From a virus (taxonomy: Duplodnaviria; Caudoviricetes): DNA of 64,000 bases. Within the stretch, counting starts at the first letter, position 1. Each line of letters starts with the position of its first letter. Below are positions 37,903 through 48,056 of this stretch, one piece after another. The stretch lies in IMG/VR virus record IMGVR_UViG_2834917809_000007, positions 1 to 64,000 of that record. One strand, written 5' to 3'. Position numbers and translations under genes: made by a program. The notes below the pieces were generated by a model that was given only the letters and a program-made list of their open reading frames with translations, made no database searches and was not told the DNA's origin.

Positions 37903-40263
37903 ATGACTAACACTAACTTTTCTCAAACGGCTGCGTTTATCTGGTCGGTGGCTGATTTGCTGCGCGGTGATTTCAGACAGTCTCAGTACGGGCGCGTGAT
38001 CCTGCCCTTTACGCTGCTGCGTCGTCTTGAGTGCGTGTTGGCGGAGACCAAAGATGCGGTGGTGGCGAAATACGATGAATTAAAAACCAGCCCGCTGCCG
38101 GAAGATGCGAAAGAGAAGTTTCTGCTTCGCGCCAGCACATTTTCCTTCTTCAATACCTCGAAGATGGATCTGGGCAAGATGGGGCAGAACGACATCAAAG
38201 CCAACCTGGAAAGCTACGTACAGGCGTTTTCCCCGGACGCGCGTGAAATCTTCGAGCACTTCAAATTCAGCGAGTTTGTCGGCCTGCTGGAAGATGCCAA
38301 CCTGCTGTTCAAAGTGGTGAAGAAATTCGCCACCACCGATTTAAGCCCAAAAGCGATTTCCAACCATGATATGGGCCTGGTGTTTGAAGAGCTTATCCGT
38401 CGTTTTGCGGAAAGCTCCAACGATACTGCCGGTGAACACTTCACCCCACGTGATATCGTGCGCCTGACCACCTCGCTGGTGTTTATGGAAGATGATGAAG
38501 CCCTGACGCAGGACGGTATCATCCGCACCATTTATGATCCAACTGCCGGGACCGGCGGCTTCCTCTCTTCGGGCATGGAATATGTGCACGAGCTGAACCC
38601 TAACGCGGTCATGCGTGCCTTTGGCCAGGAGCTGAACCCGGAATCCTACGCTATCTGTAAAGCCGATATGCTGATCAAAGGTCAGGACGTCAGCCGCATT
38701 AAGCTGGGTAACACCCTCTCTAACGACCAGCTGCCACAGGACCAGTTCGACTACATGCTCTCTAACCCGCCGTTTGGCGTGGACTGGAAGAAGATTGAGG
38801 GCGAGATTAACGACGAACATACGCAGAAAGGCTTTAACGGTCGCTTTGGCCCGGGCCTGCCGCGTGTATCCGACGGCTCGCTGCTGTTCCTGATGCACTT
38901 GATCAGCAAAATGCGCGACAACCACAATGTGGATGGCAGCGTGAGCAACGGCGGGCGTATCGGGATTATCCTTAACGGTTCCCCACTGTTTACCGGTGGC
39001 GCTGGTAGCGGTGAGAGCGAAATCCGTCGCTACATTCTGGAAGCCGATTTGCTGGAAGGCATTGTCGCGCTGCCAACGGACATGTTCTACAACACCGGCA
39101 TTGCCACCTACGTCTGGATCCTCTCCAACAAGAAAGCGCCTGAGCGTAAAGGCAAAGTACAGCTGATTGATGGCACCAATCTGTGTGGAAAAATGCGTAA
39201 ATCGCTGGGTTCGAAGCGTAACCTGATGGGCGAAGACGATATCAAACTGATCACGCAGACCTTCGGTGACTTTGAGGTTGTGGATGCCACAACCCTCGAA
39301 GAACTGGGTCTGGAAAAAGCCGCCGAGCAAAAATCCAGCCGTGGCCGTCAGCCTGCAACCGCCAAAGCCGAAGCGCCGAAAACCTTCGCCAGTAAAATCT
39401 TTAACAGCACTGATTTTGGCTATCGCCGCCTGACCATTGAACGCCCACTGCGTTTATCTGCTCAAGTGACGGATGAGGCGATTGCGACTCTGCGCTTTGC
39501 GCCGAAGCCGTTTAATGTGCCGATGGAACGTCTGTATGAAGAGTTCGCAGCCCAATGGCAGGCGGGTAACTACGGTGATTTCTCCGAGCTGGATGCCGAT
39601 GCGCGCGCCATCATTAAAGCTGAATTTGCCGAGCTGAAAGAGAAGCAGATTAAAGATCTGCTCGACAGCAAACTGTGGCTGGCGCAGCGCGGATTGATGG
39701 AAAAGGCACAGCAGATTCAGACGGCTCTGGGTACGCAGACTGGTGGTAAAACGCGGGTAAGCAATGACTTCAATCAGTTCCAGCTGACCCTGAAAGGGGC
39801 CATCAAAACCGCTGGTGTGAAGCTGGATGCGAAAGAGAACAAGCAGTTTATCGATGCCATCACCACCAAAAACCCGGATGCCGAACCGGTGGTGAAGAAA
39901 GTGCTGAAAGAAGCCGCTCAGCCGCTGTACGGTGCGTTTGAATATAAAGGCAAGGTTGTTGAGTTTGAGCAGGACGGTGAGCTGCGTGATAACGAAAACG
40001 TACCGCTGAACCCAGCAGTCTCCACCAGCGACCTGATTGAAAACTATTTCGAGTCTGAAGTACTACCGCATGTGAATGACGCGTGGATCAACGCCGATAA
40101 GCGCGATGCGAAAGATGGCGAAGTAGGGATTGTCGGTTATGAGATCCCGTTTAACCGCCATTTCTATGTCTATCAGCCGCCGCGCCCGCTGGAAGAAATT
40201 GATGCAGATCTGGATGCGGTCAGCGCCGAGATTATGAAGCTGCTGCAGGAGGTTCATTCCTGA
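37903..40263 (+). CDS. hsdM: Type I R-M methyltransferase subunit
   Basis: [37 protein letters not shown]. Confidence 0.97.
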   Translation: MTNTNFSQTAAFIWSVADLLRGDFRQSQYGRVILPFTLLRRLECVLAETKDAVVAKYDELKTSPLPEDAKEKFLLRASTFSFFNTSKMDLGKMGQNDIKANLESYVQAFSPDAREIFEHFKFSEFVGLLEDANLLFKVVKKFATTDLSPKAISNHDMGLVFEELIRRFAESSNDTAGEHFTPRDIVRLTTSLVFMEDDEALTQDGIIRTIYDPTAGTGGFLSSGMEYVHELNPNAVMRAFGQELNPESYAICKADMLIKGQDVSRIKLGNTLSNDQLPQDQFDYMLSNPPFGVDWKKIEGEINDEHTQKGFNGRFGPGLPRVSDGSLLFLMHLISKMRDNHNVDGSVSNGGRIGIILNGSPLFTGGAGSGESEIRRYILEADLLEGIVALPTDMFYNTGIATYVWILSNKKAPERKGKVQLIDGTNLCGKMRKSLGSKRNLMGEDDIKLITQTFGDFEVVDATTLEELGLEKAAEQKSSRGRQPATAKAEAPKTFASKIFNSTDFGYRRLTIERPLRLSAQVTDEAIATLRFAPKPFNVPMERLYEEFAAQWQAGNYGDFSELDADARAIIKAEFAELKEKQIKDLLDSKLWLAQRGLMEKAQQIQTALGTQTGGKTRVSNDFNQFQLTLKGAIKTAGVKLDAKENKQFIDAITTKNPDAEPVVKKVLKEAAQPLYGAFEYKGKVVEFEQDGELRDNENVPLNPAVSTSDLIENYFESEVLPHVNDAWINADKRDAKDGEVGIVGYEIPFNRHFYVYQPPRPLEEIDADLDAVSAEIMKLLQEVHS

Positions 40264-41645
40264 TGGCTAAGTATAAGGCGTATCCGGAGTATAAGGATTC
40301 TGGAGTTGAGTGGTTGGGGGAACTTCCAGCTCATTGGACAACGCTAGCAATAAAACATGTTGCTCAATTAAATCCTTCTAAATCATGCATTAGCATAGAA
40401 AAAATGAAAGGGATGTGTAGCTTTATTCCGATGGAAAAGCTCAAATTCAATTCCTTATGTTTAGATGAAATAAAAGATGTTACCGATGTATATAATGGAT
40501 ATACATATTTTGAAAATGAAGACATCCTAATTGCAAAAGTCACACCATGCTTCGAAAATAAAAACATGGTCGTTGCGCGTGATTTGAACAATGGCGTAGG
40601 ATTTGGTTCTTCTGAAATTTATGTTTTACGTTGCAATGATATTATAAACAATGATTTTTTATTTTATCGTCTTCAGGAAGATAGCTTCATGTTCATAGCT
40701 GAAGGTGCTATGACCGGTGCCGGTGGATTGAAGAGGGTACCTTCAGAAGTTCTAAATAATTTTAAATTTGGGCTTCCAAGTAAAAAAGAGCAATCAATAA
40801 TAGTAGATTTCCTCAAGCACGAAACCGCAAAAATCGACAACCTGATCGAGAAACAACAGCAACTGATTGAACTGCTGAAAGAAAAACGTCAGTCAGTGAT
40901 TAGCCATGCCGTCACCAAAGGGCTAAACCCTGATGTGCCGATGAAAGATTCCGGTGTTGAGTGGTTAGGGGAAGTGCCGGATCATTGGGAACTCGTACCA
41001 CTTAAATACTTGTGCAATTTTAGTGGGGGTGGGACTCCGACAAAAGATAACTTATCTTATTGGCAAGGGGGGACTGTTCCATGGGTTTCTCCGAAAGATA
41101 TGAAGTCTTTTTGGATTTCAGAAACTCAAGATTATGTTACACCAAAAGCAGTAAGTGAATCTTCAACAAACTATATTGAAGAAGGTTCATTGCTCATGGT
41201 AGTTCGTTCTGGAATTCTTCAGCGAAATATTCCTGTGGCTATAAATATCGTAAAGGTTACGATGAATCAGGATATGAAAGCGTTAAGATTTAATGAAAGA
41301 ATGAAGGCCCATTATGCAGCGTATTTTATCAACGGGAATGTCAATTCTTTGTTGTTAGAATGGACAAAAGAAGGGGCTACTGTCGAAAGCATTGAGCATG
41401 AGTATCTTGCAAATGGATTGATCCCTGTTCCACCGATAGATGAGCAACATTCGATAATTAAGAGCATCTCAGGCCAAATGATACGCTTTGAGTTATTGGA
41501 AGAAAAAGCATTAACAGGTATCCTACTTCTCCAGGAACGCCGCACCGCCCTTATCTCAGCCGCCGTCACCGGAAAAATCGACGTCCGCGACTGGGTTGCC
41601 CCTGACGCGCAGGATGTTGAGGCATCACAGGAGGCTACCGCATGA
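40263..41645 (+). CDS. hsdS: Type I R-M specificity subunit
   Basis: Repeated KDSGVEWLGE.P.HW conserved segments flanking two AT-rich TRDs. Confidence 0.96.
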   Translation: MAKYKAYPEYKDSGVEWLGELPAHWTTLAIKHVAQLNPSKSCISIEKMKGMCSFIPMEKLKFNSLCLDEIKDVTDVYNGYTYFENEDILIAKVTPCFENKNMVVARDLNNGVGFGSSEIYVLRCNDIINNDFLFYRLQEDSFMFIAEGAMTGAGGLKRVPSEVLNNFKFGLPSKKEQSIIVDFLKHETAKIDNLIEKQQQLIELLKEKRQSVISHAVTKGLNPDVPMKDSGVEWLGEVPDHWELVPLKYLCNFSGGGTPTKDNLSYWQGGTVPWVSPKDMKSFWISETQDYVTPKAVSESSTNYIEEGSLLMVVRSGILQRNIPVAINIVKVTMNQDMKALRFNERMKAHYAAYFINGNVNSLLLEWTKEGATVESIEHEYLANGLIPVPPIDEQHSIIKSISGQMIRFELLEEKALTGILLLQERRTALISAAVTGKIDVRDWVAPDAQDVEASQEATA

Positions 41646-44600
41646 GCATGGACAGCACCAAAGAGCTGATCTTCCAGAATGAGATGATTGCTCAGATGAT
41701 CGACCGAGGCTGGATTCTCGGCAAAACTGACGGCTACGATCGCGAACGTGCGCTGTACTCGCAGGATACGCTGACCTTTGTGCAGACCACGCAGCCGCAG
41801 GAGTGGGAGAAGTTTGCCAAAGTTTATCCTTCCAATACCGAGCGTCATTTCCTCGATGCGCTGGTGGCGCAGCTGAAAAAAGCGGATATCAATGCCACCG
41901 ATGTTTTGTCTCGCACTTACGGCACGCTCGGCGTACTGCGTCATGGCATAAAAAGCCATAATGCGCGTTTTTCGCTGTGTCAGTTTAAGCCGGAACATAG
42001 CCTCAACCCGGAAACCCTGACGCGCTACAAACAGAATATCTGCCGCATCGTGCCGGAGCTGGTTTACAGCCCGCATGCGTCGAACGCCGCATTTGAAGAA
42101 ACGGGCGTGAAGGCAAAGAAATGGCGTATCGACCTGGTGTTGTTCGTCAATGGCCTGCCGATAGCAACCCTCGAACTGAAGTCTGAATTTAAGCAGACGG
42201 TGCAAAACGCCATTACGCAATATAAGAAAACGCGTTTGCCGAAGGACCCTGGTACCAATAAACCCGAGCCGCTGCTGACCTTTAAACGCGGCACGCTGGT
42301 GCACTTTGCCGTCAGTCAGTACGAAGTGTTTATGGCGACCAAACTCGAGGGAGATAAAACCTTCTTCCTGCCGTTTAACAAAGGCACTCATGACGGTGGC
42401 GCAGGGAACGATATCCCGGAAGATGCCAACGACTACGCTACCAGCTACCTGTGGAATGAGGTGCTGCTGCCGGACAACCTGCTGAAAATTCTCGCCAGCT
42501 TCGTGCATCTGCAAATCGTCGAAAAAGAAAATGCCATTGGCCTGAAGTACAAAAGCGAGAGCCTGATTTTTCCGCGCTATCACCAGTGGGACGTGGTGAA
42601 CAAACTGATCACTGCCGCTACGATGGAAGGGACTGGCAATAAATACCTGATTCAGCATAGCGCCGGATCGGGCAAATCGAACTCTATCGCCTGGACGGCC
42701 CATCAGCTTTCCCGCCTGTATGATGAAAATGGCGAGAAGCAGTTCCATTCGGTAATTGTGGTGACGGACCGCACCGTGCTTGACGATCAGCTGCAGGACA
42801 CCATCTATCAGTTTGAACATCAGGATGGTGTGGTCGGGCGTATTAATAACAAAGAAGGAGAAGGTTCTAAATCGGACAAGCTGGCCTTCGCGCTGGAAAA
42901 TTCGCAGCCGATTATCATCGTCACCATCCAGACATTCCCGTTTGTCCTGAAGGCGATTGAAAACAGCGTCAGCCTCAAGCAGCGCAAATACGCGGTTATT
43001 GCCGATGAAGCGCACTCCTCCCAGAGCGGCTCTACGGCGCGTCAGCTGAAAGAAGTGCTGATGACCGAAGAGGTGGATGACGATGTGGAGATGTCTTCAG
43101 AAGATATTCTGGATGCCACCGTCGCCGCGCGTAAAGGCAGCAACAACCTGAACTATTACGCCTTTACCGCTACGCCGAAAGCCAAAACGCTGGAGCTGTT
43201 TGGCCGTCGTCCTAATCCGCAGGAACCCGCATCGAAAACGAACAAACCGGAAGCGTTCCACGTTTACTCCATGCGTCAGGCCATCGAAGAGGGCTTTATT
43301 CTTGATGTGCTGAAGAACTACACCAATTACAAGGTGGCGTATAAGCTGCTGCAAAAGCTGGACGATCCTGATCGGGAAGTGGACAGCAAGAAAGCGAAGA
43401 TCAAACTGAACCAGTGGGTCTCGCTGCACGATCATAATGTGTCGCAGAAAGTGAAGGTGATTGTTGAGCACTTCCGTAAGCATGTGATGCATTTACTGGC
43501 CGGCCAGGCGAAAGCGATGGTGGTGACCAGTTCGCGTAAAGCGGCGGTGCGCTACAAGCTGGCGTTCGATAAATACATCGCCGAGCACAAGTACGACAAG
43601 ATAAGTGCAATGGTGGCGTTCTCCGGGGAAGTGGAATTCAATGAAGATGACCACAACAGCCTTGCGCTGCTTCACCAGAAGTTCACCGAAATCAATATGA
43701 ACCCAGGCCTCAAAGGCCGGGATATGCGCAAAGCGTTTGATACCGACGACTACCAGGTGATGCTGGTGGCTAACAAATTCCAGACCGGCTTTGACCAGCC
43801 TAAGCTCTGTGCCATGTATGTGGATAAAAAGCTCGGCGGCGTGGAGTGCGTACAGACGTTGTCGCGCCTGAACCGGACATATCCTGGGAAGGCCCAGTCC
43901 GGCACCTTTGTGCTCGATTTCTACAACGAACCCGATGAGATTTTGGGTGCTTTCCAGCCGTACTACCAAACAGCAGAACTGACGGATGTTAGCGATCCGC
44001 AACAGGTCTTTGAACTGTTTGAAAAGCTGCGCACCAGCGGCATTTTCCTGTGGAACGAAGTGGAGCAGTTCTGCGAGGCGTTCTTCAGCAAAAACAAATC
44101 CAATGCGGCGATTAGCAATATCTGCAAACCTGCAGTGGAGCGCTGGAAGCATCGCTACACCTCAGCGATTGATGCCTATGTGCTGGCCAAAGAGATGTTT
44201 GAACGCACCAAAAAGACCGGCGATGTTGTGCTGATCACTAATGCGGAAAACACCTTCAAAGAGTGCGAAAAAGAAAAAAGTAAGCTGGATATCTTCAAGA
44301 AGGATCTCGGCAGCTTTGTCCGCTTTTACGAGTTCATGTCGCAAATCGTCGATTATGATGACAAGAACCTGGAAAAGCTGAGCCTGTTTGCTCGTCACTT
44401 GCGTCCGCTGCTGCATGAACAGCGTATCGAAGAAGACGAGATTGACTTAAGCAACGTCGAGATGAGCCATTACCGCTTGTCGAAGCTCCACGAGCAGCAT
44501 CTGAAGCTACAAGAAGATGCTGAAGACTACAAAATCAAACCGGGGAATGATGTTGGTACGGCAAAGCCGAAGGACAAGAAAGAAGAGTTTCTGTCGAATA

Positions 44601-44890
44601 TCCTGGCGCGTCTTAACGAGCTGTTCGTTACCGATAATCTGACCGATAAAGACATGATCAACTATGCCTTCGCGGTGCGTGACAAGCTGTCAGAAAACCA
44701 GGCGGTGATGACCCAGATTGCCAACAATACGCGTGAACAGGCGATGCTGGGCGATTTTCCGAAAGCCATTGATGATGCCGTGATGGACAGCAACGACGCC
44801 CAGCAGGAGATGATGGTGCAATACCTCTCTAACCCTGAACTGGCGAAGGGCTTTGCTCGTGTAGTGTTTGATATGTTGAAAGGGGCTTAA
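41642..44890 (+). CDS. hsdR: Type I R-M restriction subunit
   Basis: IDLVLFVNG...LELK nuclease; QHSAGSGKS, IADEAHSSQ, AFTATP, QTGFDQP. Confidence 0.97.
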   Translation: MSMDSTKELIFQNEMIAQMIDRGWILGKTDGYDRERALYSQDTLTFVQTTQPQEWEKFAKVYPSNTERHFLDALVAQLKKADINATDVLSRTYGTLGVLRHGIKSHNARFSLCQFKPEHSLNPETLTRYKQNICRIVPELVYSPHASNAAFEETGVKAKKWRIDLVLFVNGLPIATLELKSEFKQTVQNAITQYKKTRLPKDPGTNKPEPLLTFKRGTLVHFAVSQYEVFMATKLEGDKTFFLPFNKGTHDGGAGNDIPEDANDYATSYLWNEVLLPDNLLKILASFVHLQIVEKENAIGLKYKSESLIFPRYHQWDVVNKLITAATMEGTGNKYLIQHSAGSGKSNSIAWTAHQLSRLYDENGEKQFHSVIVVTDRTVLDDQLQDTIYQFEHQDGVVGRINNKEGEGSKSDKLAFALENSQPIIIVTIQTFPFVLKAIENSVSLKQRKYAVIADEAHSSQSGSTARQLKEVLMTEEVDDDVEMSSEDILDATVAARKGSNNLNYYAFTATPKAKTLELFGRRPNPQEPASKTNKPEAFHVYSMRQAIEEGFILDVLKNYTNYKVAYKLLQKLDDPDREVDSKKAKIKLNQWVSLHDHNVSQKVKVIVEHFRKHVMHLLAGQAKAMVVTSSRKAAVRYKLAFDKYIAEHKYDKISAMVAFSGEVEFNEDDHNSLALLHQKFTEINMNPGLKGRDMRKAFDTDDYQVMLVANKFQTGFDQPKLCAMYVDKKLGGVECVQTLSRLNRTYPGKAQSGTFVLDFYNEPDEILGAFQPYYQTAELTDVSDPQQVFELFEKLRTSGIFLWNEVEQFCEAFFSKNKSNAAISNICKPAVERWKHRYTSAIDAYVLAKEMFERTKKTGDVVLITNAENTFKECEKEKSKLDIFKKDLGSFVRFYEFMSQIVDYDDKNLEKLSLFARHLRPLLHEQRIEEDEIDLSNVEMSHYRLSKLHEQHLKLQEDAEDYKIKPGNDVGTAKPKDKKEEFLSNILARLNELFVTDNLTDKDMINYAFAVRDKLSENQAVMTQIANNTREQAMLGDFPKAIDDAVMDSNDAQQEMMVQYLSNPELAKGFARVVFDMLKGA

Positions 44891-45112
44891 GATTTATTAG
44901 CCAAGGTATGTATATCATCAAAATGATGAGTATTCTGTTCAATAACACAAGCGGGTTTTGTGAAGTGTTAAAACCTTTTAAGGCTTTTTTAGGGAACCTT
45001 TTCCCCATAAGAAAAGCTAAATCACACTGTTAATGCTTGATTAAGCATAGAGGTATTTAGGTTCAAAAATGTGAGCTAAAAAATTTACTGGCCGCAAATG
45101 CGGCCATGTCTA

Positions 45113-45580
45113 TCAAAAAAGAATTTTTTTATCTCTTTTATATAATGTTCTCAAATCTGCGCATGTATTAAATATCTCTGTAATACGATTATCGCTATGA
45201 GGTAATTCTCGTTGTAAAAAATCCACATTGTCCTGATGGTATTTTTCAGTCGTGACTGAGCGCCTTAATTGTATAAATAAATGTTTAGGATAGTTAGGTC
45301 CACCATAGTCCTTGATTTCCAAGGCTAACGTGGTAATTTCCTTGACTTTTCTTCTTAGTTTTTTTAATTCTAATAACTCGCTATCGTCGTTAGCACTCAT
45401 CCAAAAAATCAAGGCAGAATCTTCTAATTCGGTAAGTGCCTTTTTAAGATCTCCCGCCCAAGTATTTCTAGCATTTTTCCGCAGAACAACCCAAGCAACG
45501 AACATGGTTATACCCCAACCAACTACTGTAATGCTCCAAGTGATATATAGAGCACAAGATATTCCATTTTCAGCAGTCAT
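45113..45580 (-). CDS. Hypothetical protein with N-terminal TM helix
   Basis: ALYITWSITVVGWGITMFVAWVVL; low GC; follows STAS gene. Confidence 0.75.
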   Translation of the reverse strand: MTAENGISCALYITWSITVVGWGITMFVAWVVLRKNARNTWAGDLKKALTELEDSALIFWMSANDDSELLELKKLRRKVKEITTLALEIKDYGGPNYPKHLFIQLRRSVTTEKYHQDNVDFLQRELPHSDNRITEIFNTCADLRTLYKRDKKILF

Positions 45581-45590
45581 AATTGCCCCG

Positions 45591-45932
45591 TTATTTTAAT
45601 TTCAAATATTCATCATATATATATTCTTTTATTTCATCTGCTAGCTCAGGCTCTTCGTCTGTTTTTATCTTTAACGATTTAAGTAATTCGTAAGGAACGC
45701 CTTCGCGTATTAACCCACCAAAGCCTTCTTCTAAGAAAGAAGATCCGTACCCTGGCGTGCCATCTAAATCAATCATGATGGTTATGTTATTGTTTTTTTT
45801 GTAATCAAGTCCATATGTATCTTTGAGGATTTTAAGCATATAACTTTTAAATTCCTCTCCAGACTGGGGCCCAAGACGTTTGAATCTTGGGCCAGGATAG
45901 GGAAAACGCTCAGATATTTTTACAATTTTCAT
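45591..45932 (-). CDS. STAS-like (DUF4325) protein
   Basis: PGPR...G..SGEEF, IDLDGT.GYGSSFLEEGFGGL. Confidence 0.85.
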   Translation of the reverse strand: MKIVKISERFPYPGPRFKRLGPQSGEEFKSYMLKILKDTYGLDYKKNNNITIMIDLDGTPGYGSSFLEEGFGGLIREGVPYELLKSLKIKTDEEPELADEIKEYIYDEYLKLK

Positions 45933-45944
45933 TTGTTAACTCTC

Positions 45945-46084
45945 CTACTCATCTGCCGTTAACGGGATAGCCCATTCAACAATTGTACCACAAACACTTG
46001 ATTTTTGATCTTTTCTGAAATCATCAAGTTTTTTGTTATTTCTAAAATATCTATAATAGCCTTTATTACTATATATAGTTAGAT
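45945..46084 (-). pseudogene. 3' remnant of a probable GHKL/histidine-kinase-like ATPase gene, cut by IS
   Basis: My translation: LTIYSNKGYYRY...VCGTIVEWAIPLTADE*, directly upstream of the STAS RBS. Confidence 0.55.
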
Positions 46085-46113
46085 TGACCTGCCCCCACGA
46101 TTAGATACAACAC

Positions 46114-46947
46114 TCAGTTAGTAACGTCGGAATCTTCATTCTCAGAATGACCCTTTCTCCAGCCCGCTGCAAATTCAGACGGTGTCTGATAATTCAGCGT
46201 GGAGTGCGGGCGGCATTCGTTATAATCCTGCCGCCAGTCATTAATAATTTTCCTAGCATGAACGATATCGCTGAACCAGTGCTCATTCAAACATTCATCG
46301 CGAAATCGTCCGTTAAAGCTCTCAATAAATCCGTTCTGCGTTGGCTTGCCCGGCTGGATTAAGCGCAACTCAACACCATGCTCAAAGGCCCATTGATCCA
46401 GTGCACGGCAAGTGAACTCCGGCCCCTGGTCAGTTCTTATCGTCGCCGGATAGCCTCGAAACAGTGCAATGCTGTCCAGAATACGCGTGACCTGAACGCC
46501 TGAAATCCCAAAGGCAACAGTGACCGTCAGGCATTCCTTTGTGAAATCATCGACGCAGGTAAGACACTTGATCCTGCGACCGGTGGAAAGTGCGTCCATG
46601 ACGAAATCCATCGACCAGGTCAGATTGGGCGCCGCCGGACGGAGCAGCGGCAGACGTTCTGTTGCCAGCCCTTTACGACGTCTTCTGCGTTTTACGCCCA
46701 GGCCACTGAGGTGATAAAGCCGGTACACGCGCTTATGATTAACATGAAGCCCTTCACGGCGCAGCAACTGCCAAATACGACGGTAGCCAAAACGCCTGCG
46801 CTCCAGTGCCAGCTCAGTGATGCGCCCTGATAAATGCGCATCAGCAGCCGGACGGTGAGCCTCATAGCGGCAGGTCGACAGGGATAAACCTGTAAGCCTG
46901 CAGGCACGACGTTGCGACAGACCGGTCGCATCACACATCAACATCAC
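46114..46947 (-). CDS. IS3 OrfB (DDE transposase domain)
   Basis: [27 protein letters not shown]. Confidence 0.95.
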   Translation of the reverse strand: MMLMCDATGLSQRRACRLTGLSLSTCRYEAHRPAADAHLSGRITELALERRRFGYRRIWQLLRREGLHVNHKRVYRLYHLSGLGVKRRRRRKGLATERLPLLRPAAPNLTWSMDFVMDALSTGRRIKCLTCVDDFTKECLTVTVAFGISGVQVTRILDSIALFRGYPATIRTDQGPEFTCRALDQWAFEHGVELRLIQPGKPTQNGFIESFNGRFRDECLNEHWFSDIVHARKIINDWRQDYNECRPHSTLNYQTPSEFAAGWRKGHSENEDSDVTN

Positions 46948-46970
46948 GGCTTCCCGCTTCTGGTCTGTCG

Positions 46971-47234
46971 TCAGTACTTTCGCCCAAGAGCCACCTGAAG
47001 CGCCTCTTTATCCAGCATGGCTTCGGCAAGCAGCTTCTTGAGTCTGGCGTTCTCTTCCTCAAGCGACTTCAGGCGCTTAACTTCAGGCACCTCCATACCG
47101 CCATACTTCTTACGCCAGGTGTAAAACGTGGCATCGGAAATGGCATGCTTGCGGCAGAGTTCACGGGCGGGTACCCCAGCTTCGGCTTCGCGGAGAATAC
47201 TGATGATCTGTTCGTCGGAAAAACGCTTCTTCAT
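46971..47234 (-). CDS. IS3 OrfA (HTH)
   Basis: [23 protein letters not shown]. Confidence 0.95.
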   Translation of the reverse strand: MKKRFSDEQIISILREAEAGVPARELCRKHAISDATFYTWRKKYGGMEVPEVKRLKSLEEENARLKKLLAEAMLDKEALQVALGRKY

Positions 47235-47305
47235 GGGGATGTCCTCATGTGGCTTATGAAGACATTACTAACATCGGGGTGTACTAATCAACGGGGAGCA
47301 GGTCA

Positions 47306-47850
47306 CACTTATCTGCTGCGGATTTAACCAATTCATACCCTCTTTTAACTTGTTTACGAATTTCTCGCGTTATCAGAGCTAAAAAAGGCATATATATTGT
47401 TTTATCATGAGCACCGAAAGTGCTTTCGTCGCCATAAATTGCCTGATTTTCCCTCACTTCCGAGGCGAAATCGTCATGTATCTCATACGCGACCTCTGTA
47501 GCAGGAAGCTTAATTTCTAATGGTTGCCGATAAAGAACTTCACGAACCAAACGGCAGATTAGGCTTAAGCGAAATTTTGCTCGGTTTTTTGAGGCAAGCC
47601 CACCTCGGCTGCCAGCTTCAGCGAAAAACCTAAAATGAGAATTCTTGTTTTTGAGCGGATCATGAGCATCGCTCCTCATAGAAGTCCTGTTTAGGTAGTC
47701 ATGACCTACATAATCTCCTAATAACAAATCATAGGCGTTATGACGCTGGAGGGATAGGGAGTCAGAATCAACCAGAACAAAATGGTCAAAAGACATTGAG
47801 TTTCCTCGATTATTCATTGATAGCCATAGATAGAATTTGGCTAAGTTCAT
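47306..47850 (-). pseudogene. Hypothetical gene truncated at its 3' end by the IS
   Basis: ORF reads into the IS terminal repeat (..ADKC|DLLPVD); start may be 47796. Confidence 0.6.
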
Positions 47851-47889
47851 AGGGTTATCAAGAGGGCATCTATAACGATGTTAGAATCG

Positions 47890-47912
47890 TTACCTGACCC
47901 ATTACCTGACCC
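47890..47912. repeat. Island integrase arm sites (right arm)
   Basis: TTACCTGACCCATTACCTGACCC, identical to 30348-30370. Confidence 0.85.
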
Positions 47913-47923
47913 AAATTCGACGC

Positions 47924-47962
47924 AAAGAAAAAGGAGTCAGACGATTTCTCATCTAACTCCTT
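47924..47962 (-). terminator. Terminator supplied by the island downstream of the tRNA 3' end
   Basis: AAGGAGTTAGAT/GTCTGACTCCTT stem then T-run on the minus strand. Confidence 0.75.
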
Positions 47963-47970
47963 GTTTTATT

Positions 47971-48017
47971 TGGTGGCCCCTGCTGGGCTTGAACCAGCGA
48001 CCAAGCGATTATGAGTC
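47971..48017 (-). repeat. att site: 3' 47 nt of tRNA-Ile2(CAU), second copy
   Basis: 46/47 identical to 30175-30221; difference at 47987 in the T-loop. Confidence 0.93.
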
Positions 48018-48056
48018 CGAACCGTATTTCATTAAAAACAATGATTTACAGTAAAT

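Larger units (their letters stand above)
46085..47305 (-). mobile_element. IS3 family, IS407 group (IS1222/ISSen4-like), 1221 bp
   Basis: Ends TGACCTGCCCCCA / TGACCTGCTCCCC; orfA+orfB; CGA AAG frameshift site at 46977-46982; flanks AGAT vs CACT (no TSD). Confidence 0.93.
30175..48017. mobile_element. Integrative defence island bounded by tRNA-Ile2 3' direct repeats
   Basis: Integrase at left end; 47-bp direct repeats; identical 23-bp arm repeats at both ends; defence cargo. Confidence 0.92.

Noticed and set aside
41312-43015. Long antisense ORF (567 aa); likewise 20425-21501, 19292-20419, 38341-39330
   Set aside because: Shadow frames of well-supported genes on the opposite strand, with no motifs
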